NCBI RefSeq assembly: GCF_004010195.1
Contig: NC_057718.1
Location: 36,517,809 to 36,581,808 of the forward strand
Source: Chiloscyllium plagiosum
Taxonomy: Eukaryota
Direction: 5' to 3'
Length of the DNA: 64,000 nt
How positions within the stretch are numbered: the stretch's first letter is position 1; each line of letters starts with the position of its first letter. Of this stretch, positions 13,301 to 28,300 are shown piece after piece. The notes under the pieces were generated by a model. It was not told the origin of the DNA. It did no database searches and was given only the letters and a program-made list of their open reading frames with translations. Made by a program: the position numbers and the translations under genes.

Positions 13301-16300
13301 GGTAAAGCGCTGCTTCACTTGGACAGTGAGAACAGAGGAAGTAAACGGGCAGGTGTTATACCTTCTATGATTGAAAGGCAAGGTACTTTGGGGGTGTTGC
13401 AAGTCGAGGAGGAATGGACCAAGGTATCCTGGAGGGAACGGTCTCTGCGAAAGGCTGACTTTTGGGGGAGGCATTGAATATATTGCGGCATCCTTCTGGG
13501 GTGTCACAAAACAAGGCTACTGATAATTTGCACATGGATGCTGGCGGGGTAATAAATGAGGACAAGGGGACACCACCACTATTGTGGGAGGGAAGAAGGG
13601 GATGAGGGCCGAGGTGCGGGAGATGTGTCAGACTGAGGGCCCTATCAACCACAGGGGTGTGGAATCCTTGGTTGAAGAAGGTGGTGACATTTTGGAGGGC
13701 CCCTTGTTGAAGTTGGCATCATTGGAATGGTTGTGACAGAGACAGAGGAACTGGGAGAATGGAAGTGAGTTTTTTTTTAAAAACAGGAAGCGGGATGCGA
13801 GGATGTATAGTTGAGGTAACTGCGAGAGTCAGTGGACATGTAACAACAGCCAGGACTGGAAATTGCATATGCTATATCCTTGACAAAGGAAGCACAAGGA
13901 TAAACTTAGAACTTGAGTGGTCAGAAAGCTTTTCAAAACCTAGAAATTCAAGACAAAATTAAAAGACTTTTTACCAAAGCTGTTCAATTAAGGAGAGTCA
14001 GCACAGATTGTCAAGGGCAAATTATGTCCATCTAATATGATTTTGGATTTTGAAGAGCTAACAGAGATGGTTGATTAGGGTGGTGCACAAGGACTTTCAA
14101 AAAGAATTTGATAAGGAGCAACATAACAGACTTGCGAGCAAGGTTAGAACCATTGGAACAAATGGAATACAGGAAGAACTAGCCATCTGGACACAGAACT
14201 GGCTCAAAGGTAGAAGACAGAGGGTGGTGGTGGAGGGTTGTTTTTCAGACTGGAGGCCTGTGACCAGTGGAGTGCCACAAGGAATGGTGCTGGGCCCTCT
14301 ACATTTTGTCATTTCCATAAATGATTTGGATGCAAGCATAAGAGGTACAGTTAGTAAGTTTGCAGATGACATCAAAATCGGAGGTGCAGTGGACAACGAA
14401 GAGGGTTACCTCAGATTACAACAGGATCTTGACCAGATGGGCCAATGGGCTGAGAAGTGGCAGATGGATGCAAGATGCTGAATTTTGGGAAAGCAAATCT
14501 TAGCACGGCTTATACACTTAATGGTAAGGTCCTACGGAGTGTTGTTGAACAAAGAGACCTTGGAGTGCAGGTTCATAGCTCCTTGAAAGTGGAGTCATAG
14601 GTAGATAAAATAGTGAAGGTGGCATTTGGTATGCTTTCCTTTATTGGTCAGAGTATTGAGTACAGGGGTTGGGAGGTCATGTTGTGGCTGTACAGGACAT
14701 TGGTTAGGCCATTGTTGGAATATTGCGTGCAATTCTGGTCTCCTTCCTATCGGAAAGATATTGTGAAACTTGAGAGGGTTCAGAAAAGATTTATAAGGAT
14801 GTTGCCAGGGTTGGAGGATTTGAGATGTACAGAGAGGCTGAACAGGCTGGGGTTGTTTTCCCTGGAGCATTGGAGGCTGAGGGGTGACCTCCTAGATGTT
14901 TACAAAATTCTGAGGGGCATGGATAAGGTAAATAGGCAAAGTCTTTTCCCTGGGGTTGGGGAGTCCAGAACTAGAGGATATAGATTTTGGGTGAGAGGGG
15001 AAAGATATAAAAGAGACCTAAGGGGCAACTTTTTCACACAGAGGGTGGTACGAGTATGAAATGAGCTGCCAGAGGAAGTGGAGGAGGCTGGTACAATTGC
15101 AACATTTAAGAGGCATTTGGATGGGTATATGAATAGGAAGGATTTGGAGGGATATGGGCCAGGTGCTGGCAGGTGGGACTAGATTGGGTTGGGATATCTG
15201 GTCAGCATGGACAGGTTGGACTGAAGGATCTGTTTCCATGCTGTACATCTCTATGACTCTATAAATGGGACAGTAGAAACATTGATACAGAATTGTCTGA
15301 GTAGCCAAAAACAAGAGAGCAGTAGAAAATCAAATAAAACTCAAAATGCTAGATGTATCCAGCATGTTAGATAGCATCTGTGAAGAGAAACACAGCTAAT
15401 CTTTCAGGTTGTATCACCGTTCAGCAGACCATTTGAATGATTGTATAAAAAACAGGGGGCGCAGCATGGATCATTGTTAGGACCCATGGCAGCCTAAATT
15501 TGGATGCACTGGGCACAATTTGTAGAAGACACAAACTTGGGAATTCGTAAACTTTGAGGAGGCTTCTGATAAACTTCAAGAAAACAGACAAGGTGATGGA
15601 ACAGATGGATGAATTTCTGATAAAATTTAATGTGGAGAAATGTGAAGTGATTCATTTTAACAGGAAAAATGAGAATACAATATAAAATAAAAAGCAGAAT
15701 TTGAAGTGGGGTGCAGGGCAGAGGACCTGGGAGAAAGTGTGCTCAAACCATTGAAGGTGACAAGCCAGGTTGAGAATGCAAATGGGATCCTGAGTTTTAT
15801 ATGTAGGATCATAGAGTACCAAAGCTATCAAAAAAACTGTGCAAAGACTGATTTAGGCACAACACTAAGTGTGATGCTGCTCCTTTAACAAGCTTTTGTT
15901 GTCCTTGGCTTTTTTTCTCCCCTCAGAGAGGTCATAAAAGACACAGACTCTAAAAAGTCTAAGGTTGAAGGGTTTTAGGGCCAATTTGATTGTAGCTAAC
16001 AGATACTGCCTCAGGCAAAAGGTTTTTAAGTTTAAAAAAAAACTTGTACAATGAAAGGGGAGTGGCCAGTTCTCCCAGCTCAGCTTTCCTATGGTTTGAT
16101 TTGGTTTTAGTAGTCTGGCTATTTACTGAAAGCAGTCAGGTAGTTTTGAAGCTCCTGGACCCAAAGAAGCAGGTCCATGCTAGTCCTCTCTCTCTAACAT
16201 CTCTCCTGTAAGACCCTGTGTTTGATTTTACCTTTTGCGCCAGGGATGTCTATGGGGATTGTTGCAAGTATTTGGAACATCATCATTAGGTTGGGTTTTC

Positions 16301-19300
16301 GGATAGGTTAAGTTATTCTATATTCTGTTCTCTTTTGTTTGTTTCATTCAGTTATCTTGTAAATAAATTCTGCCTTGTTTAAAACTAAATGATTTGATCA
16401 GCTGCATCTCTCCTGGAATATCCATGTTACATCTGTTTAAAACAGCTAGCAAAGTTAGAGTCTGGGCTATTTTTTGAAATGTTTTGAGAGAGTCTGACAT
16501 GGTCAATAACAAAAGGTGCAAAATAATTCATGACAATGGTTTCAGAAATGAGGCACTTCAATTACTTGGATTGATTCAAGAAGCTGGACATGTTCTCCTG
16601 GGGGATGATTGTGGAAATTTGACAGACATGTTCAAAACCATGAGGGATTGAGAGAGCAGGAATGGAGAAACTATTACTATTGGCAAAAAGGCACAGATTT
16701 ATGGTGATTGACAAAGCATGATGGTATGTGGAAAATCCTTTTTTAAAACACAAATGGTTAAGATCCAGAATGCACTGTTGTGGTAAGGGGCATATACAAC
16801 TGACAATGCAATTGGTCAATTAGATTAGATTAGATTACTTAACAGTATGGAAACAGGCCCTGCGGCCTAACAAGTCCACACCGACCCTCCGAAGAGCAAA
16901 TGACGCAGACCCATTCATTTACCCTTTCACCTAACACTACGGGCAATTTAGCATGGCCAATTCACTTAACCTGCACATTTTTGGACTGTGGGAGGAAAGT
17001 GGAGCACCCGGAGACTGAAGAGAAAAAAAATTGCAGGACTGATGGAAACAGGGGAGGGTAATGGGAGGTTAAAGTAGTTCTTAATGAGAGACAGAACAAA
17101 CATGAGGGGCCTTCTTGCTGCAATCATCCTATGACTCTAGAACTCTCAATTTAAAAAAAAAATCAATACTGATCAAATGTACCAATACATAGGCCAGCAG
17201 AATAGAAAGACTAAAATCAATAAAGTGTGGGTGATGCATTTTGGGAAAACAATGATTAACTGATGCATTGTGGAATCAAAGGCAGAGTTTTAAAGAGACT
17301 GTGAAGAGAGACAGGGAGTCCTGGTATTTATGTGCTTAGATCTCAGAAGGTGCAGGGTATATTGAAAGAATAATTTATAAAGCATATGGGAATTTGGGTT
17401 TAAATACAGGCAGAGTTTGAAAATAGGAAAGTTATTCTGAACCTTTATAAAACTCCAGTTAAGCCACAACTAGAGTATTCCTTCCAGTTCTGATTGTCAT
17501 ACTATTGGAAGGATAATGAGGGGCCTGACATGGTATGCAAGAGTTTTGTCAAAAACTGGTTCAAGGATGATGGATTTTACGTACAATGTTATGTTGTATC
17601 AGCTAGGTTAGTTATACATGGACAAAGGAGTTCAATGAAGATTTGACAAAGTGTGATAATGAAATATTTGGATAACATACATAAAAAGAAAATCTGTTTT
17701 AATTAGCTGAGCATAAGGGCAATAGCATGACAGTTTAGGCTGTGGTAAGAAATGTGCGCCAGATGTGAGGGAGACCCTTTTTATTATACAGTAAGTGTTA
17801 ACAATCTGAAACTTCCTACCTGTGAGTGTAGGAAATGTACAATTTCAAAAGAAAATGGATGGCATCTTAGGAAACTAAACTTGCAACACTATTGGAATAA
17901 AGCATGGGGAAATTAGACTGATAAGACTGCAGGAGCAAATTACCACAGATGCTGGAATCTTATCAGAAAACAAATGCTAGAGATCATAGTGGATCAGGCA
18001 GCATCCATGGACAGAGAGCAAGCGAACGTTACAAGTCTAGATGACTCTTTATCAGCTCTGATGAAGAGTAATCTAGATTTGAAACGTTAGCTTGCTGTCT
18101 CTCCATGGATGCTGTCTGACCCGCTGTGATCGCCAACATTTGTTGTTTTCTAGTAAGATTGCAGGAGAGAGTATCAACCTGGATTCATTGGGCTGAATGC
18201 CTTCCTTCTGTGCTGTAATTACTTTATGACTTCTCTTGCATTAAAAAACAACTTCACAGCACCTCACAAATCAATTATTCAACATTGAAAAGGTGCATCC
18301 TAAAAAGGATCAGTTGTGTTTTCTTTCCTCAACAGTTTCCACTGCTGTCGCCATTAAGCATAACCAAGTGTCTGCAGCCAATAGTAAACACATGTCTAAT
18401 AGATTAAAATACACATCATAGGAACCTATATGTTCTTGCCTAAACATTACAATGTATGTTGTTTACATTTGATAACTGTACATTTAATTTTCTCAACAAC
18501 ACTCGATGTTAGTTCATCATTTGGAGGCTAAAATTAAAGGTGCAATATTAAAATTATATTGGATTTTTCAAAGCTTTTTTGATCATTGACACTTTTTCAA
18601 CAATTTGGAAATAAATTGCAAGAAAAGCCCATCAGCACAGGAACATAAATTAGAGCAACGCATTTAAATGTGAGCTATATTTGTGTTCCTGATTCAGGTG
18701 AATCATTAGTGGGAAAAAATATATATGCAAATACTCTACAATGATTGTTTTGGAACTCAACAGTTAAAGAGAACATTAAAAAAGCCTATTTTGTGAAAGC
18801 ATATTCCTTTACAGAGCAAGCCCACAGAAAATATCAATAATAATCAACCATACATCTCATTAATTCCGACTCATTAAAGTTTTTTTTTTAATTACTCACT
18901 CACAGTGCATTTTCCTTGTCTGCTGTATTTTCTGCCATTTTCAGCTACTGTGTAGATGTAAATAAAATTGTCATGGGACCCCACTGCCAAGTAATTACCA
19001 TCTGTAAATAACATATAAAGTGTTAACCATACGAATAATAACCATGCTGTTTCAGCACATCAAGTTTCTTGGTAATATCTAAAACTTTCTTGAACATTTG
19101 GTCAGGAGTAGTTTAAACAACATATCATGCAATTTACTGAAATTATTATGTTAGCAATCTCCAGTTCTCTAATAAAGTCACACACACACACACTTCTGTT
19201 ATGGGTAGCTTGCTATAATTCAATCTCAGGCACAAGCTGTCTCATAACTGGCACTAATGCTCTCTGAGTACAGGTTGTGTGAGTGACTATTTATGACAAA

Positions 19301-22300
19301 CGTGCTCTCTCAGGAAACTGAAACCTTAATTATTCAATTGGCTGAAGCCTAAAAAAAGGGCAGAGTAACATTAAGCCTGTTCTAAATTTAAAAAAAGGGG
19401 CTGATCAAATCATAATTTCAAAGATCTGCACTATTTAAGAAATAAAAATCAGAAAATTGGAAACAGTTAACAAGTCAGGAAGCATCTGTTCGGAGAGAAA
19501 CAAAAGGCAATGTTTCAATTCATCTTTCATCAGGTCATTAGCCTCAATTTTGATTATTGCCAACTTTTAAAGCTGCACTAGAGATGTTTGTGGCAAGAGC
19601 TTTTCCTTTGTCACCATTCAAGTGATTGCAATTTACTGTCATCTTGCCAATCTGGAACATTTAGGTCTAAATAATTTGTGCATTATATAAAGATACTGAA
19701 TGGCCATTTCAAAGGACAGTTACGCGTCAACTGCATTGGAGTAGTTCTGGAGTCAAATGTCGGCCAAACCAGGAAAGAATTATAGATTTACTTCCTGAAA
19801 GAATATTAGTGAACCAATGGGTTTTTAGAAAAATTCGTAATAATGGTTATGGTCACCATTATTGAGACAAGCTTTATATTCCAGATTATTAATTGAAGTC
19901 AAATTCCACCAGCTGTAATGATGGGATTTATACTCCCATCTCCAGAGCATTAGCCTGGACTTCAGGATTATTGGTCTAGTGACAATGTCACTATGTCAAC
20001 TTCTCTTGCTAAAATAAGTTTGGAATTAGTTAATGAAATTAAAATATGAAATGATACAGTAAAGTAAATATCCCCAAGGGACCAACTCAGCAGAGAGGCA
20101 AGCTACCTAAGAAGCAAAATCATCTATCAGTACTTTTTAAAGTTCTAGATAATTGGAGCAAAAATGATTTTTTTGAAGAACAAGTTGATATACTTCATGT
20201 ACAGTAATATAAAATCTTCCTGGTAACAAATGGTACAGTGATCTGGAGATGCCGGTGTTGATCTGGGGTGTACAAAGTTAAAAATCACACAACACCAGGT
20301 TATAGTCCAACAGGTTTATTTGGAAGCACTAGCTTTCAGAGCGCTGCTCCTTCATTAGGTGGTTAAACCTGTTGGACTATAACCCTGTTGTGTGATTTTT
20401 AACTACGTGTACCAGGAGAGCCTAGAAACTGACAAAGAATGGGCATACTCCTAAATAACTTATATAGCTCAAAAATAATCCTGAATATAGGCCTAATGAC
20501 ACAAAGACAAGGAGCTAGAGTAAAACTGCAGCAGAGGATTGAGGCAGGTTATAAATTAAGCTAAGGTTTAGCCAACTTCCAATTTTATTATAGGGATAAA
20601 AAAATGCAATCAAGTGCTGAACTTAGAAGATATTTGACAGAAATGAAAGTTCAAAATACATTTTTTTTTTAGCAGTATGCTTCCCCAAGAAAGGAATAAT
20701 TGCTTGTTCACAGTTGATGTTTATTTTCTGGACTTTCAAGCCATCTATAATCTAACAGCAAATTTAAAATTCTTTTGTACGATTTGCAGATATTTTCAAG
20801 TGTGAAAATTAAAGTCTCTGTATGGGCTTCAATGCAATTGGATGGCATTCTATTTCATCAAAAGTAGAACCCAAATACACAACACTTTAAGTTGCAAGTA
20901 TAATTACTCCAACAAGTAATGACTTTTATATTTACAAGACAAAACTATCTCATTATCACATAAATAAAAAACCTGATGCAAGCATAGAATGGCTTGAACT
21001 GTGGAAATATTGACCATACAAGATATCCAATGAATATCATTATTTGGTGCCATTCTCCTGCCTTTTCCTTGCACATTAGATGATTAGTTGAATACAGGTA
21101 ATGTTCCCTCGAATGCCTCAGCTGAATCTGCTTCCACCATATGTCTTGCCCCAAACTGGCCGTTGTGTGAAAAAGCTTTTTCTCACATTTTTTCTGTTTT
21201 TGCAAATCACTTAAAAATCTGTGCTTTCTCATTCTAGATCATTTTACAAGCAGTACAGTTTCTTCCTGTTTACTAACTTCCATACAATATATAAAATAAT
21301 ACACAATTTATGTAATGCAACCTATAAACTGCCAGACGTTATTTAAATCTGATTCCAGCCAGGTTGACTGTGTGCTCAGGTATCTGACAGTTAACATTTG
21401 ATCGTCCCTAACTGACAAATTTTCCATGGTAATACCTCTATCGATCATCGGTGATCCAAATAGTCGCCAATGAATTAGCACCCCTTCTCATACAGTATAA
21501 ATGATAGTTTTCTCTTTAAATTGATATTCTTGTGAATTGTCCTGATGAGTCCAAGGAAAAAGAATTGAATGAAACGCGGGAAATCACAACAGTTCAGGCA
21601 GTAAGGAGATATCAAGGCCATGGTGTGCTCCTCCTGCTCTCTGTTGGAAATCAGGTATAGTTCCGGTGCCTGGGACCAGAATACATCAGAAGTGTCTCCA
21701 GCCGCAGCTCCCGGAAGCCCAAGTTTCAAAGCTGGATAGCTTACGATACTGTGGAGCATCCGTAGAGCTCAAAATGTCATGGACAGCACGTATAGAGAAG
21801 TGGTCATCCCGAAGACTAAGATTCTATAGACATGGAGGGGATGGATGACTACCAAACAGTGAGAGAGGACAAGGCAGCCATTTATTTGTAAAACAAGTAT
21901 ACACTTTGGATATTATTGGATATTATTATTTCCTCTCAGAGAAAAGTAGCAACAACCAAATTATTGGAAGCATGCCTAACTCTGCTGCACAGTAAAGGAT
22001 GAATAAGAGTGGCTATGGTAATATAGAATTCATTCATAAGGGCAACAGACAGATGTTTCTGTGGCCACAAACAAGGCACCAGGTTGGCATGTTGCCAACC
22101 AGATGCAAGGATCAAGGATGTCTGGAGCAGCTATTGGACATTGTGGACTAGGAGTGTGAAAAACTAGTGGTGGTGGTACACACAGATACTAATGGCATAG
22201 GTTAACAATGGGATGACGTTCTAAAAGCAGAATATAGTTAGTCAGGAATCAAGTTAAAAAGTAGGACCTCAATGTAATGATCTCAGGATTGCTACCAATG

Positions 22301-25300
22301 CCATGTGCTGGTCAGAGTGGAAAGAATAGGATATATCAGATGAATAAATGACTGGAGAGATGGTGCAAGGGGGAAAGCATTTGAACTGGCTCTGTGGGAG
22401 GAAGGGTCGACTTTAAACTAAAATGGCAATGGTGGTGGTGGTGGAAACCTACACAAGGCTATAGAGAAAAGGAAAACAATGACAAAAACTAAAGACAGAT
22501 TGGGAAATAAGAAGTTACGGAGAGAGAATTAAAGGACAAAAATCAAACAGGGCCACAGTGCAAAATAATGAGAAAGGGTATAAGAACCCATAACAGACCA
22601 GCCTTAAGACCCCAGGTCTTAATGCATGGTGTATTCATAATAAAGTGGAGAAATTAGTCACACAGATAGATATAAATAGGTATGATATAGTTGGGATTTT
22701 GGAGGCATGACTGCAGAGTGAACAGCAATGAGGACTGAAGATCCAAAGGTATACAGATTTTAGAAAGGACAAAGAAGAAAATGAGATGGAGTAGCATTGC
22801 TGGTTAATGAGTTTTAACACAACAGAGGAAGTGGAATCTGTATGGGCAGATATCAAAGGATTCCTGTATCAAAGGAATATAGTAGTCAGGATTGTATATT
22901 GACCCTCCAATTGAAGTGGTAACATTGGAGAAGGTATTACATAAGAAACAAGAGACGCAAGCAAGAAAGGCACATTATGGGCGACTGTAATCTGCGTATA
23001 GATAGAGCAAATCAAACCTGTTCGTATGTGGCCCTTAGGCGGTTGGCACAGGATAGCGCCACATACGAACAACTCCAGTTTCTGCATGAATGCCGAAAGA
23101 ATCAAACCTGTAACAATTCTATGGAAGAGGATTTCCTGGAGTGTAAATGATATGGTTTTCTGGATCAATACATTGAGAAAACAACTAGTGAACAGGCCAT
23201 CCTAGATTAGGTACTGTTGTATGAAAAAGGAATAATTGGCAATCTAGCTCTCTCCCTTGGGGGAAGAGTGACCATAATATGGCAGAATTCTTCTTTAAGA
23301 TGTTGAGTGGTGTAGGTGATTCGGGTCCTGAGTCTCAATAGCGAAACTATAATGTTATGATGCATGAGCTGGCTATGATAAATTGGGGAACATTATTTAA
23401 AAGGATGACAGTGGATAGGCAAGCATTTAAAGTGTGTATGGAGAAACCACAACAATTGTTCATTCCTGACTGGCACAAAAATAAAGTGGGAAAGGTGGTC
23501 TGACCATGCCTAAAAAGGAAAATTAGAGATAGTACTAGATCTAAGTATGGAGTGTACAAATTGGCTGAAGAAAACAGCAGACCTGAAGATTGGTAGCAAT
23601 TTAGATTTCAGCAAAAGGGGACAAAGGGATTGATCAAGGAGGAGAAAGTAAGAGTACGAGAGTAAGCTTACAGGGACCAGAAGCTTTTATATTCAGTTTG
23701 CACATGATGAGAAAAAGATTAATGAAGATAAATGTGGGTCCCTTATAGTCGGAATCATTTTGGTTGTCTTCATAGAGAAGAACACAATTAATATTGCAAA
23801 AATATTGGGTAACAGAGTGTCTAGTGAGAGATAGGAACTAAAGGAACTCAGTATTAGAAGATACATGTTGTTGGGAAATTGATGGAATTAAAGGCTGACG
23901 AATCCCCAGGGCCCTTTAATCTACATCCCTGAGTAGATAAGGAAGTGGCACTCAAAACAGCAGTATTATTTGTGGTTATCGTTCAAGATTCTATAGACTC
24001 CAAAACAGTCCCTATGGATTGCTGGATATTTGATCTAACCTCACTATTCAGAAAAGGAGGAAAAGAGAAATTAGGGAATTATAGGTGTTGAACTGGACAT
24101 TCTTGTAAGGAAAATGCAAGAGTCCATTATAAAAGTCTTAATAATAGAGCACTTGGAGAACATTGACAGGATTGGACAGAGTCAGCATGGATTTACGAAA
24201 GGGAAATCATGCTTGCCAAATCAATTGGAATTTTTTTGAGGATGTACCTAGTAGAGTTAATTTAAAAAAAGCTAGTGGGTGTGTTTTATTTGGTTTATTT
24301 ACTTTATATCTCATATATAAAAGTCCCATATAAGAGATGTGTATGCAAAATTAAACCGCTTGGAATTGTGGGTACTGACACATAGGGAGCTGGTTATGGA
24401 CAAGCAACAAAGAGTGGGACTAAATATATGCCTTTTTCTGAGTGGCAGTCAGTGACAAGTGGAGTGCCACAGGGATCAGTGTGTATGCCCCAGGTAATCA
24501 CAATTTATATATAAATGATTTAGATGAGGGAATTAAAAGTAGTCTCTAAGGTTACACAAAGCTGGTTTGGAAGGTGAACTGTGAGGAGGATACAGAGATG
24601 TTTCAGTGTGTTTTGGACAAGTTGAATGAAAGGGATGAATGCATGAAAGATGAAGTATAACGTGGATATATGTGAGATTGTCCACTTTGGAAGCAAAAAT
24701 ACAAAAGCAGATTATCTAAACAGTGATAGATTGGAAAAGGAGGAGACGCAACTTGACTTCAGTATCTTGTACTTCAGGCACTGAAAGTAAGCAAGCAGCA
24801 GATGGTGAATGGTACGCTGACATTCATAGTGAGGGGGTTGAGTGCAGGAGCAGAGATGTCTAGCTGTAACTGTACAGGCCTTCTTGAATATTGTGTGCAA
24901 TTCTGATATCTAAACAAAGTTATTCTTGTAATGGAGGGAGTGTAACAAAAGTTTACCAGATTGTTCCTGGGACAGCAGGAGAGATTAGATCGGTTAGGGT
25001 ATAGTCATTGCAGTTTAGAAGCTTGAGGGGGGGAATATCATAGAAATCTATAAAATTCTAATAGGGGGGTGAAAGGCCTTTATCTGTGCCATCGTTCTTA
25101 ATGACTAGAGAGGGTAAATGTATGAAGGGTCTTCTTGATGACTGGGAAATCCAGAACTAGGGTTACAGTCTCAGGATATGGCAATGAGTCATTGGATACT
25201 GAGATGAGGAGAGATTTCTTCACCCAGTGGTGAGCCTGTGGAATTGTATGCCACAGAAAGAGGTTGAGACAAAAACATTGAATGTTTTCGAGGAAGGGTA

Positions 25301-28300
25301 AGATATAGTTCTTAGGGGAAAGGGATCAAAGGGTATGGGGACAAAGTGGGAACAGGATGAGTTGAGTGATTAGTCGTGATCATTATTAATAATGGAGTGA
25401 ATTTGAAGGACCAAATGGCCTACTTCTGCTCCTATTTTCTATGTATCACAAACCAACAGCCACGTTCAGACAACAACTCACCAGAACGAAGGACCCGATA
25501 CCCAACATGAGCAAAACTAATGTAGTGTACAAAATACCATGCAAGGACTGCACAAAACACTATATAGGACAAACAGGAAGACAGCTAACAATCCGCATAC
25601 ATGAACATCAACTAGCCCCGAAACGACACGACCAGCTATCCTTAGTAGCCACACACGCAGACAACAAGCAACATGAATTCGACTGGGACAACACTACTAT
25701 CATAGGGCAAGCCAGACAGAGAACAGCCAGGGAATTCCTAGAGGCATGGCATTCATCCACAAACTCCATCAACAAACACATCGACCTGGACCCAATATAC
25801 CAACCACTACAGCGGACAGCTGAAACTGACAACCGGAAGCGGCAGGGATAGATCACTATAAACACCGGAGAAAACGTCAAAGAAGCGCTTCGCAGGAGGC
25901 TCCCAAGCACTGATGATGTCGCCTAGCCAGGGGACGAAACGTTTGCAACAAAAACTTCCAGCTCGGCAAACAGAACCACAACAACGAGCACCCGAGCTAC
26001 AAATCTTCGCACAATCTATGTATCTATAATTGGGAGCTTTTCATTAGCAAACAAATTGTGCTCATGATACCAGTAAAAAGTTTTAAATGTTGTTTTATTA
26101 CAGTAATTGGAACGTGTGAAACAAATTCAATTACCTGGAGAATATCGCATCACTGAGAGCTGTTCATTCCCATCAGTGTGTATTGAAACCAGGTCTTTAG
26201 TCTCAGCATCTAGAACAAACCACCTGTTGTGCAAGAAATATTAATAAATCAAGCTCATCTATAATTATGCAATTCCTTACTGTATTGCAGTATTCATCAA
26301 TAAACGTCATATTTACTTGACAAAGTCTTCTTCAGTCCACTAATCATTTAAAACTTTTCCTTTTTTCAACTATTTTATTCTGCTTAACACGTGCCCACAT
26401 ATAGCTGTGCTATGTTAATATTCTAAATAAATGACATAAGCCTCGCCTGAAAGTGAAGAGAGACGCTTGCCTTATGTTAATTGTGAAGAGAATTTGATCT
26501 AAAAATACTGAGTTAAAAATCATACAACACCAGGTTATAGTCAAACAGGTTTATTTGGAAGCACTAACTTTTGGAGCGGAGCTCCTTCATCAAGTAGCTG
26601 TGGAGCACGACCTTAAGACACAGCATTTATAGCAAAAGATTAGTGTCATGCAACTGATATGATATATTGAACAAACCTAGATTGCTAAAAGATTTCATCT
26701 TTTAGAATGGGTTGCAGTTTCAGTTCATTAATATAGAAATCCCAGGACTTCTTCTAAGTCACATTCTCAAGACAACTTCAGGTTTTATAAAAAAAAAATG
26801 ACATCTCAGCTCAGACAATGCATTAAAAGTGATAGGTTAGAGTCTGTCTGTATCCCAATCTTGGGTCAGACTGGTTCTATTTTCAAAGTGGAATTTATAA
26901 AATATTACACGGAATGACAGCCTGCAGACTGTGCGCTTTTTGAGCAAACTAGAATGTATCTGCATATATAATTGTGCAAATTCACCCCACTGACTGGTGT
27001 GTGTGTGTGCGCGCGTAGGCGTACATGAGAGGGGGACAGGNNNNGTGCAAGCAGGGACACGAGCGGGGGGGGGGGGAAGAGATGAGAGAGAATGACTGCG
27101 AGAGGGCGGGCGAGAGAGAATGAGTGTGACACCGTGAGAAAGAGAGTGAGAGCTTGAGAGGGAGAGGGAGAATAGTGTAGTGGGGTCACCTGTACAGTGA
27201 CATGAACCCCATTTGAGGCCATCCTCATTGGTACCAGACTGGGCTATCTGCCTCTGCTCTACCACTCTGTGTTTGTTGTGTATCCTGAAGTCCACCCTGG
27301 AGTACAGTCACCCGAAGATCAGAGGCTGAATGTCCCTGACTGCCGAAGCGTTCCCCGACTGGGAAGGAACACCCCTGACTGACAATTGTTGCGCGGTGTC
27401 CATTCATCTGTTGACGTAGTGTTTGCCTAGTCTCACCAATGTACCATGCCTCAAGGCATCCTTGCCTGCAGCTTATGAGATAGACAACATTGGCTGAGTC
27501 ACATGAGTACCTGCTGTGTACACGTTGTGTGGTGTCCCACGTGTAATAGTGGTATCCATGTCGACAGTCTGACACATCTTGCAGTGGTTGCCATGACAGG
27601 GTTGTACGGTGTTGTGGTCGATGTTGTCCTGAAGGCTGGGCAGTTTGCTGCGAACAAGCCTGTCAAGTTAAGGCTTGATGGTTGTTTAGAGGCAAGAACT
27701 GAAGCACAGGAAAAGTCTTGGCAAGGTGCTTATCCTCATCGATAATGTGTTGCAGGCTACGAAGAACGTGGTGTGGTTTCTCCGCTCCGGGAAGTACTGG
27801 ACAATGAAGGGTACCCAATTAGTTGCATCCCATGGCGACTGAGGAGTTGAGTATCGTTCCCTGCTCTTACAAGAGCATTCTTAAGCACCTTCAGGTGTCT
27901 ATCATGTTCCTCCTCATCTGAAAAGATCCTGTGTATGTGTAGGGCTTGGTTGAGGGTGGAAGCCAGAGAAGTGTAGCATCATGAGGTTATCAGTGGGTTT
28001 GCGGTAGAGTGAAGTACTGAGGAGCCCATCCTTGATGGAGATGCGTGTCCAAAAATGTGACACATACTAAAGAGTAGTCCATGGTAAGTCTGATAGTGAG
28101 AGGAAACTTGTTGATATCACTGTGCAGTTCTTTCAGTGACTTCTCATCATGGGTCCAGAGGAAGACAATGTCATCAATGTATCTGGTGTATAATGCTGGT
28201 TGGAGGTCCTGTGCAGCAAATTAGTCTTGTTCAAACTTGTGCATGAAAAAGTTGGCATATTGGAGTACAAATTTGGTCCCACCACTGTTTTGTGTGTCTG

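Larger units (their letters stand above)
15270..18230 (+). mobile_element. Old CR1-type fragments hosting nested insertions
   Basis: Degraded C-terminal CR1 motifs and tails near 17130 and 18225, interrupted by an LTR-like element, a SINE and a PLE hairpin. Confidence 0.6.

Noticed and set aside
12..15059. ORFs of 130-150 aa at 12-419, 14071-14481 and 14613-15059 as host genes
   Set aside because: They are CR1 ORF2 fragments with frameshifts and adjacent LINE tails.
25441..25851. Standalone or domesticated GIY-YIG nuclease gene
   Set aside because: It lies within a TSD-bounded truncated PLE and its ATG comes from the target site.
26995..27185. GT/GA-rich tract with long ORFs
   Set aside because: Low-complexity sequence in a PLE 3' region containing 4 Ns; the ORFs are spurious.
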